From an uncultured Gammaproteobacteria bacterium (GTDB lineage Bacteria > Pseudomonadota > Gammaproteobacteria > Steroidobacterales > Steroidobacteraceae): a DNA stretch of 64,000 nucleotides. Under the pieces are notes generated by a model. It ran no database searches, was not told the origin of the DNA, and saw nothing but the letters and a program-made list of their open reading frames with translations. The translations under genes were made by a program, and so were the position numbers. The stretch's first letter is position 1, and each line of letters opens with the position of its first letter. The DNA lies in assembly GCA_963756755.1 (NCBI GenBank), contig CAVWOW010000019.1:23916-87915 (forward strand). The letters run 5' to 3'. This document shows positions 41,748-50,176 of the stretch, piece by piece.

Positions 41748-41942
41748 GTGAGTCCCGAAGAGGCACTCGTTGAGCAGTCATGATCGTGTCTGGACGTCCA
41801 AAGGGCAGCTGTGCAGTTGTTCGCAGGTTGCTGGACCAACGCCAGCGGCACGACTCAGGAAGATGAACTGGATCACATAGTCAAGCGCTTGCGGAGAAGG
41901 CATCAGTTTCGACGACAGGGAACCTTCAACAGGAGAGTCGAT

Positions 41943-43547
41943 ATGGCGACACGTGCAAGAAGAAAGGCCGCAGCCAAGCCTGCGGGGCGAGGAAGTGCCG
42001 GCAAGTCCGCAGGTGGCGGAGCGAAGCAACCGAACATCCTCGTTATATGGGGAGACGACATCGGGCAGTCCAACCTGAGCTGCTATACGCACGGGTTGAT
42101 GGGATACAGGACGCCCAATATCGACCGCATCGCGCGCGAGGGGATGCTGTTCACCGACAGTTACGGCGAGCAGTCCTGCACCGCCGGACGCTCTTCGTTC
42201 ATCACGGGGCAGAGCGTCTATCGCACCGGGCTGTCGAAGGTCGGGATTCCAGCGGCTCCGATCGGGATGAATGAAAAGCTGGTGACCATCGCCGCGCTGC
42301 TGAAGGAGCAGGGCTATGCCACCGGGCAGTTCGGCAAGAACCACCTCGGCGACTTGAACAGCATGCTGCCGACCAATCACGGCTTCGACGAGTTCTTCGG
42401 CAATCTCTACCATCTCAATGCCGAAGAAGAGCCGGAAATGGACAACTACCCGAAGGACCCGAGGTTCTTGGAAAACTTCGGTCCGCGTGGCGTCATGCAT
42501 TGCTGGGCCACTGACAAGGACGACAAGACGGTGCAGCCGCGCTGGGGCAAGGTCGGCAAGCAGAAGATCAAGGACACCGGCCCCCTAACGAAGAAGCGCA
42601 TGGAGACCTGCGACGACGAATTCGTGGCCGCGGCCACGGACTTCATCAAGCGGCAGAACAAGGCCGGCAAGCCCTGGTTCGTGTGGCTCAACACCACGCA
42701 CATGCACATGTTCACGCACACGAAGAAGCGCAGCCGCGGGCAGGCCGGCCGCTGGCAGTCGCCGTACCACGACACGATGATCGACCACGACAAGAACGTG
42801 GGGCAGATGCTCGATCTGCTCGACGATCTCGGCATCGCGGAGGACACCTTTGTCCAGTACTCGACGGACAACGGTCCGCACCGCAACTCCTGGCCCGATG
42901 GCGGCATGACGCCGTTCAGGAGCGAGAAGAACACCAACTGGGAAGGCGCGTTCCGCATACCGCTGCTGGTGCGCTGGCCCGGCAAGGTGAAGGCCGGCTC
43001 GGTGTGCAACGACATCATTCAGCACCACGACTGGCTGCCGACCTTCCTGGCGATGGCCGGGGCTCCCGATGTGGTCGACAAGCTGAAGAAGGGTTACAGG
43101 GCGATCGGACGCACGTACAAGAACCATATCGACGGCATGAACTTCCTGCCGTACCTGACGGGCGAGGCCAAGGAAGGACCGCGCAAGTTCTTCTTCTACT
43201 TCAGCGACGACGGCGACATGCTGGGCATGCGCTACGACAACTGGAAGCTGGTGTTCATGGAACAGCGCACCCCGGGCACGATGCGCGTGTGGGCCGATCC
43301 CTTCACGCGGCTGCGCCTGCCCAAGCTGTTCAACCTGCGCACGGATCCTTACGAGTTTGCGGATATCACGTCGAACTCGTACTACGAATGGTTCCTGTAC
43401 AACGCCTATTTCATCTATGCCGCCCAGACTGGGGCAGCGAAGTTCGCGGAGACCTTCAAGGAGTTTCCGCCGGTGCAGAGACCGAACACCTTCACCGTCG
43501 ACGACGCACTGGCGAAGATGCATGAAACGATGGCGGGCTCGACCTGA
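41943..43547 (+). CDS. Arylsulfatase, Cys-type, paralog 2, with a basic Ala/Gly/Lys-rich N-terminal extension
   Basis: Start at MATRARRKAAAKPAGRGSAGKSAGGGAKQPNILVIWGDDIGQ. Signature SCTAGRSSFITGQSVYRTG. Long identical runs with paralog 1 (YRTPNIDRIAREG, GYATGQFGKNHLGD, HGFDEFFGNLYHLNAEEEPE). Confidence 0.9.
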   Translation: MATRARRKAAAKPAGRGSAGKSAGGGAKQPNILVIWGDDIGQSNLSCYTHGLMGYRTPNIDRIAREGMLFTDSYGEQSCTAGRSSFITGQSVYRTGLSKVGIPAAPIGMNEKLVTIAALLKEQGYATGQFGKNHLGDLNSMLPTNHGFDEFFGNLYHLNAEEEPEMDNYPKDPRFLENFGPRGVMHCWATDKDDKTVQPRWGKVGKQKIKDTGPLTKKRMETCDDEFVAAATDFIKRQNKAGKPWFVWLNTTHMHMFTHTKKRSRGQAGRWQSPYHDTMIDHDKNVGQMLDLLDDLGIAEDTFVQYSTDNGPHRNSWPDGGMTPFRSEKNTNWEGAFRIPLLVRWPGKVKAGSVCNDIIQHHDWLPTFLAMAGAPDVVDKLKKGYRAIGRTYKNHIDGMNFLPYLTGEAKEGPRKFFFYFSDDGDMLGMRYDNWKLVFMEQRTPGTMRVWADPFTRLRLPKLFNLRTDPYEFADITSNSYYEWFLYNAYFIYAAQTGAAKFAETFKEFPPVQRPNTFTVDDALAKMHETMAGST

Positions 43548-43552
43548 CCACC

Positions 43553-44459
43553 ATGCTGGCATCGTGGAACGACGGCGCGGCGAAGTCGGCGATCGTCGAC
43601 TTCGTCGCGCGCGTGACGAGGGAAGGCGGGCGGGACTACGTCCCGCCCGCCGAGCGCATTGCGACCTTCGACAACGACGGCACGCTCTGGTGCGAGCAAC
43701 CGGTGCAGGTGCAGGTCTTCTTTCTCACCGACCGGGTGAAACAGCTCGCGGCGAAGGATCCGTCTCTCAGCGAGCGTCAGCCCTTCAAGGCGCTCCTCGA
43801 GCGCGACCATAAGGCGCTGCATGCGCTCGGGAAACAGGGCGTGATGGAGCTCTTTGCGGCGACGCATACCGGCATGACGGAGGAGGAGTTCGACCGGATC
43901 GCACGCGCCTGGTTCGCCGAGGCGAAGCACCCGAAGCTCGGGCGTCTTTTCAACGAATGCACATATGCGCCGCAGGTGGAGCTGCTCGACTACCTCCGGG
44001 AGCATGACTTCAAGACGTTCATCGTTTCTGGGGGCGGCATCGACCTGATCCGCGCCTTCGCCGAGGAAGCCTACGGCGTTCCGCCCGAGCAGGTGATCGG
44101 CACCAGTGCGAAGCTCAAGTTCGACGCCACCGGCTGAGCGGCCGGCACTGATGAAGCTCGGAGAGCTCAACAGCTTCGACGACCGCGAGGCCAAGCCGCA
44201 GAACATCGGGCTGCATATCGGGCGCCGGCCGATCCTCGCCTTCGGCAACTCCGATGGCGACCTGGCGATGCTCCGCTATACGAAGGTCGGTACCGGCGCA
44301 CGGCTCGCGCTGCTCGTCCATCATGACGACGCCGAGCGCGAGTTCGCCTACGACCGTGAGTTCAAGCTGAGCCCACTGACCGAGGCGCTCGACAAGGCAG
44401 CCGAGTACGGAATCACGGTCGTCAGCATGAAGCGCGACTGGAAGACCGTGTTCGCATGA
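43553..44459 (+). pseudogene. HAD-superfamily hydrolase, paralog 2 (no signal peptide), one frame break near 44133
   Basis: MLASWNDGAAKSAIVDFVARVTREGGRDYVPPAERIATFDNDGTLW...SAKLKFDATG|ERPALMKLGELNSFDDREAKPQNIGLHIGRRPILAFGNSDGDLAMLRY...VVSMKRDWKTVFA. Length 907 nt = 3n+1. Confidence 0.8.
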
Positions 44460-44830
44460 AAGAGGGGCTCGTCATCGTCACGGAGTACGCCATCCTCCTG
44501 ATGGATGGCCTCGCCCTGCTGATCATCGTCGTCGGAACGCTCGAGGCGTTCGTGAACGGTCTGCGGATCATGCTGGGCTCTGCCTCGGGTCACGAGAAGC
44601 GCGACGTCTGGCTGCGCTATGCGCGCTGGCTGGTCGCCGGGCTCACGTTCCAGCTCGCGGCCGACATCATCGAGACGTCCATCAGCACGAGCTGGGAGGC
44701 TATTGCCCGGCTCGGTGCGATCGCCGTCATCCGGACCTTTCTCAACTATTTCCTTGAGCGCGACCTGGCCGAGGTGCGCGAGCGGCAGCGTGAACCGGAG
44801 AAGAGTGCGACTCGGAGCGACGTGCGCTAA
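44456..44830 (+). CDS. DUF1622 membrane protein
   Basis: ATGA overlap with the upstream gene. LTFQLAADIIETSISTSWEAIARLGAIAVIRTFLNYFLERD matches my recollection of DUF1622. Confidence 0.7.
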   Translation: MKEGLVIVTEYAILLMDGLALLIIVVGTLEAFVNGLRIMLGSASGHEKRDVWLRYARWLVAGLTFQLAADIIETSISTSWEAIARLGAIAVIRTFLNYFLERDLAEVRERQREPEKSATRSDVR

Positions 44831-44889
44831 GGTCGCGCGCCGCCGGGGACTGACGGCACGCTGATCCGAAAGGAGAGAATCCGCCGCCG

Positions 44890-45090
44890 TCAGCGGCGCA
44901 GCAGCCAGAGGATCAGGCTTACGACCAGACTGATGATGATCATGGTCGTGAAGGGCGCAAAGAGCCTGAAGCCCGGCTTGTCGATGACGACGTCACCCGG
45001 CAGGCGTCCGATCGGGAGCTTCGACAGCCAGGGCCAGGCGACGCCCACGGCTGCGATCAGGAGACCGACGATGATGAGGATGCGCTGCAT
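44890..45090 (-). CDS. DUF2905 small membrane protein
   Basis: MQRILIIVGLLIAAVGVAWPWLSKLPIGRLPGDVVIDKPGFRLFAPFTTMIIISLVVSLILWLLRR shows the typical DUF2905 layout. Confidence 0.75.
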   Translation of the reverse strand: MQRILIIVGLLIAAVGVAWPWLSKLPIGRLPGDVVIDKPGFRLFAPFTTMIIISLVVSLILWLLRR

Positions 45091-45267
45091 GTTGCCCCTC
45101 CATCATGCGAACCCGGCTCGCGCAGGATAGTCGAATACTGGCGGGCATTCGCGCCAGTGCGCGGTCTGTCTGTATGCAGTGGTGTCGAATAGGATGCCTG
45201 CCGTTCGACGAGTAGGTACGAACCGGCACCGAACGCAACCCGGCTGCAATGCGGCTAAGGAGGAAAA

Positions 45268-45684
45268 ATGTACATCCAGCCCTATCTCTTCTTTGACGGG
45301 CGCTGCCAGGAGGCCCTGGACTTCTACGTGAGCGCGCTCGGCGCCCGCGTGGAGATGCTGATGCGCTTCAAGGACAGCCCGGAACCTCCTGATCCCACGA
45401 AGGTTCCACCGGGGTCGGAGAACAACGTCATGCATGCGAGCTTTCGCATCGGCGACAGCGTCCTGATGGCGTCGGACGGCTTCGGCAAGGGCAAGCCGGT
45501 CTTCCAGGGTGTCTCGCTGTCGCTCGCCGTCAACAGCGATGCTGAGGCGGATCGCCTGTTCTCGGCACTCGCCAAGGGCGGCAGCATCCAGCAACCGCTG
45601 GTCAAGACCTTCTTCTCGTCGAACTTCGGCATGGTCACGGACAAGTTCGGCGTGCCGTGGATGGTGATCGCCGGCGCCACCTGA
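45268..45684 (+). CDS. PhnB-like VOC-fold protein (3-demethylubiquinone-9 3-methyltransferase-domain family)
   Basis: AAGGAGG RBS. YLFFDGRCQEALDFY...VMHASFRIGDSVLMASD...FGMVTDKFGVPWMV. Confidence 0.8.
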   Translation: MYIQPYLFFDGRCQEALDFYVSALGARVEMLMRFKDSPEPPDPTKVPPGSENNVMHASFRIGDSVLMASDGFGKGKPVFQGVSLSLAVNSDAEADRLFSALAKGGSIQQPLVKTFFSSNFGMVTDKFGVPWMVIAGAT

Positions 45685-45708
45685 TCGTCCTCACCGGAGA
45701 CACGAACC

Positions 45709-46137
45709 ATGCGATTCATGATGCTGATGATCCCCAAGGGTTACGAGACCGCCGAGCCCGGCACCATGCCGGATGCCAAGGCCGTCGAAGCGATGATGAA
45801 GTACAACCAGGCGCTCCAGGAGGCGGGTGTGCTGCTGGCGCTCGACGGTCTGCATCCGCCGTCGATGGGCGCTCGAGTTACCTTCGCGGGCGGCAAGCCC
45901 CGGGTCACCGACGGCCCGTTCGCTGAGGCGAAGGAAGTGCTCGGTGGCTACTGGATGATCCAGGTCAAATCCCGCCAGGAAGCCATCGAATGGGCGAAGC
46001 GCTGCCCGGCGTCCGAGAACGAGGTCATCGAGGTGCGCCAGGTGCAGGAGATGTCGGACTTCCCGGAGGACGTGAAGAAGGCCGCCGCCGGCTTCGAGGA
46101 CATGCTGTCCAGAAAGGGCCAGCCCTCACGGCATTGA
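45709..46137 (+). CDS. YciI-family (DGPF) protein, second copy in the window
   Basis: Contains TDGPFAEAKEVLGGYWMIQVKSRQEAIEWAKRCP. Confidence 0.8.
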   Translation: MRFMMLMIPKGYETAEPGTMPDAKAVEAMMKYNQALQEAGVLLALDGLHPPSMGARVTFAGGKPRVTDGPFAEAKEVLGGYWMIQVKSRQEAIEWAKRCPASENEVIEVRQVQEMSDFPEDVKKAAAGFEDMLSRKGQPSRH

Positions 46138-46277
46138 GGAGCGTCCGCGGCGCTACGCCGTGACCCCGCACTCGCATGGGCTCGACCTCCGGTGGCGCAC
46201 CGACCCAGTTCGATGCGCCACCCGGAGGGCTCGGGTTGAAATGGAATCCGCGGGCCGGTCGAGCCCGAGGCCGCGGG

Positions 46278-46637
46278 CTACAGCTCGACGCGGGCCTTGA
46301 AGCCGCCGTAGATCATCCGTTTACCGTCGAAGGGCATCGCCTTCATGTTCATCATCGACGCGAGGCGCGGATCCTTCATCGCCTTGCGGTTGACGGTGTC
46401 GCGGTGCTTGCGCGACTTGTAGGTGATGAACGAGAACACGACCGTCTCGCTCGGCTTCAACTTCACGCTGCGCGGGAAGGACGTGAGCTTGCCCATCGGC
46501 GCGTCGTCGGCAACCGACTCCACGTAGGTCAGCGCGCCATGTTCCCGCCACACCTTGCCGGCCTTGCGGGCCAGCTTCAGATAGTTCGATACATTCTTCT
46601 TCGGCACCGGAACCACGAATCCATCTACATACGCCAT
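46278..46637 (-). CDS. DUF1428 protein
   Basis: AAGGAG RBS, then MAYVDGFVVPVPKKNVSNYLKLARKAGKVWREHGAL...MPFDGKRMIYGGF. Confidence 0.8.
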   Translation of the reverse strand: MAYVDGFVVPVPKKNVSNYLKLARKAGKVWREHGALTYVESVADDAPMGKLTSFPRSVKLKPSETVVFSFITYKSRKHRDTVNRKAMKDPRLASMMNMKAMPFDGKRMIYGGFKARVEL

Positions 46638-46728
46638 GTGCATCTCCTTTGCCCCGCATGGGCTCATGTCGGCTCGAACATTGGATCATCGCAGGTCAAG
46701 CGGGTCCTTGGCCACCCTGAGTCTGCTT

Positions 46729-47865
46729 TCAGCGGTACTTGCCGCCCGCACCGGTATTGAAGACCACGACAGCGTCGGATGGGCGGACGAAGCCGGTCGC
46801 GCGCAACTGCGCGAGCGCCGCCCAGGCAGCGCCACCCTCGGGACAGACGTCCAGACCTGATCGCGCGGCCAGCTCGGCCATGGCGCGCTCGATCGCGACG
46901 TCCTCGACGGCGATCGCGGTTCCCTGCGTATCGCGCAGCGCACGCAGGCAGAGAAAGCCTCCGAGTGGCGCCGGGACGCGCAGGCCCCAGGCGCGTGTCT
47001 TCGGATCGATCCACGGCTCGGTGCGTTCAGTGCCGGCCAGGAACGCGCGCACGACCGGCGCGCAACCGGCCGCCTGCACCGAGACAAATCGCGGCCGGCG
47101 TCCCGCGGGGATCCAGCCGAGACGTTCCATCTCGTCGAACGCCTTCCACATCCCGATCAGCCCGGTACCCCCGCCGGTGGGATAGAGCACGACGTCAGGT
47201 ACGGCGCCTTGAAGCTGCTCGACGAGCTCAAACGCCATGGTTTTCTTGCCCTCGATCCGCCAGGGCTCGCGCAGCGTCGAAACATCCACCGCGCCCGGGA
47301 CAGGGCGTTCTCGCAGGTAGGCGCCGGCGTCCGCGATCGTGCCGGGCACGGCGTGCACAGTGGCGCCGTACGAGCGACACTCGGCAAAGCATGCCGGCGG
47401 GGTGTCCTCGGGCATGGCGACCGTCACGGGCATCCCGGCGCGGGCCCCGTACGCGGCGAGTGCGCCCGCAGCATTACCGGCCGATGGCGCCTGGAGCGCG
47501 CGGGCGCCGAGGTGTCGGGCCATCGATACCGCAAGCGCCATACCGCGCGCCTTGAATGAGCCGGTCGGGTTGCGCGACTCGTCCTTGACCCAGACCCCGT
47601 CCTCGACCGGCAATAGCGGCGTGAATCCCTCGGCAAGCGAGACTTCGTCACCTTCCTCGAGCGGAAGCAGCTCCCGATAACGCCACAACGTCGGCACGCG
47701 CCCCGCGAGATCGGCGAGGCGCAGGCGCACCGAATCCAGGTCGTAGTCGATGCGCAGCGGCATTCCGCAGCGTGCACAGACGCCGAGCAGCGTCCGCGGA
47801 TCGTGCGCCGCGCCGCATTCGAAGCAGGTCGCGCCGGCGACGAATCGTGAAAGGCGTGGGGTCAT
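46729..47865 (-). CDS. Threonine synthase-like PLP enzyme (fold type II) with N-terminal zinc ribbon
   Basis: CFECG...CARCG ribbon. PLP-lysine motif NPTGSFKARGMALAVS and glycine loop YPTGGGTGLIG. Confidence 0.8.
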   Translation of the reverse strand: MTPRLSRFVAGATCFECGAAHDPRTLLGVCARCGMPLRIDYDLDSVRLRLADLAGRVPTLWRYRELLPLEEGDEVSLAEGFTPLLPVEDGVWVKDESRNPTGSFKARGMALAVSMARHLGARALQAPSAGNAAGALAAYGARAGMPVTVAMPEDTPPACFAECRSYGATVHAVPGTIADAGAYLRERPVPGAVDVSTLREPWRIEGKKTMAFELVEQLQGAVPDVVLYPTGGGTGLIGMWKAFDEMERLGWIPAGRRPRFVSVQAAGCAPVVRAFLAGTERTEPWIDPKTRAWGLRVPAPLGGFLCLRALRDTQGTAIAVEDVAIERAMAELAARSGLDVCPEGGAAWAALAQLRATGFVRPSDAVVVFNTGAGGKYR

Positions 47866-47918
47866 GCAATGAGTGGCTCGAAGCCATTATGAAGCGAATA
47901 GCTCCGAGCCACTGACAC

Positions 47919-47949
47919 AAAAAAACACGGCCGGCTTGCGCCGGCCGTG
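47919..47949 (-). terminator. Rho-independent terminator downstream of the EF-hand gene
   Basis: The minus strand reads CACGGCCGGC-GCAA-GCCGGCCGTG followed by TTTTTTT. Confidence 0.85.
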
Positions 47950-47978
47950 CATCTGGGCTTCCTTGCCCCGAACGCGGA

Positions 47979-48402
47979 TCAGTAGGACTTGCCAGCCTTG
48001 GCGTCGTGAGCAGCCTTGATCTCGACGTCAGTCAGACTGCCGTCTTTGTCGGCGTCCAGCTGCTCGAACATGCTGCGGGAGCCTGCCTCGTGCTCGGTCG
48101 CCGACAGCGAACCGTCCTGGTCCGTGTCGAGCGTCTTGATGCGGTCCGCAGAGGAGGGCGTCTGGGCCGCGCCCACGCCCGGCTTCGACGTCGTGTACGC
48201 CGCGTCCATCTCGGTCGCCGTGACCTTGCCGTCCGCGTTCGCGTCGAGCTTGTCGAACGACGACTTGGCACTGGCGGTGTACTCCGCGGCGGTGACCTTG
48301 CCGTCCTTGTCCGTGTCAAACTTGGCAACGTCACCCGCAAGGGCCGTGCCAGACAGCGCCAGGCTGCCGGCCATCGCGGAGAACGTAACAATTGAGCTTC
48401 AT
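47979..48402 (-). pseudogene. Secreted EF-hand calcium-binding protein (four DxDxDG loops), one frame break in the signal peptide near 48392
   Basis: GGAGGA RBS, then ATG at 48402 giving MKL. Skipping one base gives IVTFSAMAGSLALSGTALAGD. The loops are DTDKDGKVTAAEY, DANADGKVTATEM, DTDQDGSLSATEH and DADKDGSLTDVEI. Length 424 nt = 3n+1. Confidence 0.8.
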
Positions 48403-48582
48403 GTTTCTTCCTCCAGTCGACGATCATTGGTGCGCGGGATACGCTGCAGAAGAATGTGCCTGCCCGGTGCAGGTGACTGTCGGAGGAACATGGGTCGCCG
48501 GGTACGACTGCGCCTACAGAAGAGAATAGTGTCTCCATTTGACGACTTTAGTTGACACACCCACCCGCCGCCTGAGCGTGAA

Positions 48583-50176
48583 TCACGCTGCTCGATAGTG
48601 GTCCTGCATGGGATAGCGGCGCGCGTACAGGGCAAAGGCGAGCGCAACCGTGAGTGCGAAGCCCGCGAAGAAGAACATCAGGAAGGCGGTCTCGCTCAGA
48701 CCCGTATCGGCAATCCGCGACGTCACCGCTTCGTTGCGCACGCTGGAATTTGCGAGCAGGACCCAGAGGTTACCGATCGTCACCGACAGGTTCCAGAACG
48801 CCATGATCACGCCCTTCATCGCGGCGGGGGCCTGGCTGTAGGCGAACTCGAGACCGGTGGCCGACACCAGCACCTCGCCAAAGGTGAGCAGCGCGTATGG
48901 CAGGACCTGCCAGACGATCGAAACCGTGTCCCCTCCATCGAGCGCGAGCTGGATGGCGCCGGCCGCGATCCAGGCCAGCCCGGAAAACGCAATTCCGAAC
49001 CCCATGCGGCGCAGGGCGGTCGGCTCGATTCCGATGCGTCGAAGCAACGGATACAGGACCAGGTTGTTGAACGGGATGAGGATCATCACCAGCGCCGGGT
49101 TGAGCGCCTGCATCTGCGCCGACTGGAACCAGGCGGGCTTGAGCATCTCGTCCGCCTGCAGGACCCAGGTCGAGGCCTTCTGGTCGAAGAGCGACCAGAA
49201 AGGGGTCACCAGCGCAAAGACGATCAGGATGCGGAGCACCGCGCGGACGCCGTCGACGGCCGCGGCGGGAGTGCGTCTGGCGTGCGCGATCGAGCTGCAT
49301 CCAGGTGCCTGCGCCGCCAAACGCCAGCAGCAGCACGAGCGCGAGGCAGGCCGAGGAGACGAAGCCCAGGCGTCCCATCAACGCCAGCGCACCGGCGGCG
49401 AGCAGCGCGCCGAGGCCCGCGACGACGAGACCGGGCCGCCCCTGGCCGGCCGCCTGCGCCACGAGCGCGGTGCGCGCGACGCGCAGGAAGGAGTGCGGGT
49501 CCGGCGGCGCCGGGGGCACGCGCACGTACTTTCGTCGCCCGGCCCAGAAGATGACGGTGGCGATGAACATCAGCACGCCTGGTATGCCGAAGGCGACGCT
49601 CGGCCCGTAACTGCGGAGAAACACCGGCATCAGGAGCGAAGCGAAGAACGAACCGAAATTGATGATCCAGTAGAACGCGTCGAAGACGAGCTTTGCGCGG
49701 TGCTTGTTGCTTTGGTCGAACTGGTCACCGACGAACGACGCCACCAGCGGCTTGATGCCGCCCGACCCGAGCGCTATCAGGAAGAGTCCCGTGTAGAAGC
49801 CCGTCCGGTTGTCGTCGAACGCCGCGAGACAGGCGTGCCCGGCGCAGTACACGAGCGACAGCCAGAGCACGGTGTTGTACTTGCCGAAGAACCGGTCGGC
49901 GAGCCAGCCGCCGAGCAGCGGGAAGAAATACACGCCGATGACGAAGGTGTGGAACACCTCCTTGGCCAGTCCGGCCCGCTCGGCCTCCGGCGCATACAGC
50001 AGCAGGCTGCCGACCAGGAAGGGCGTCAGGATGTTGCGCATCCCGTAGAAGCTGAAGCGCTCGCACCCCTCGTTCGCGATGATGTAGGGGATCTGGCGCG
50101 GCAGGCGCGCGCGCGGCGCAGCGACGGCCGTCTCGGCGGCGGCCGCACTCATCGGGAGCGGTGACTCCGCACTCAC
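48583..50176 (-). pseudogene. POT/PTR2 family proton-dependent oligopeptide transporter, one frame break near 49285
   Basis: ERFSFYGMRNIL and FYWIINFGSF signatures lie in ORF 48770..50176. The C-terminal half (FALVTPFWSLFDQKASTWV...) lies in ORF 48583..49320. Start is GTG 50176 (GTGA overlap) or ATG 50152. Length 1594 nt = 3n+1. Confidence 0.85.

Noticed and set aside
45091-45267. ECF-type promoter (GAACC ... CGT-like spacing) and a GTCGAATA direct repeat upstream of the PhnB-like gene
   Set aside because: The matches are short and degenerate. There is no sigma factor in the window to anchor a motif, so this cannot be distinguished from chance.
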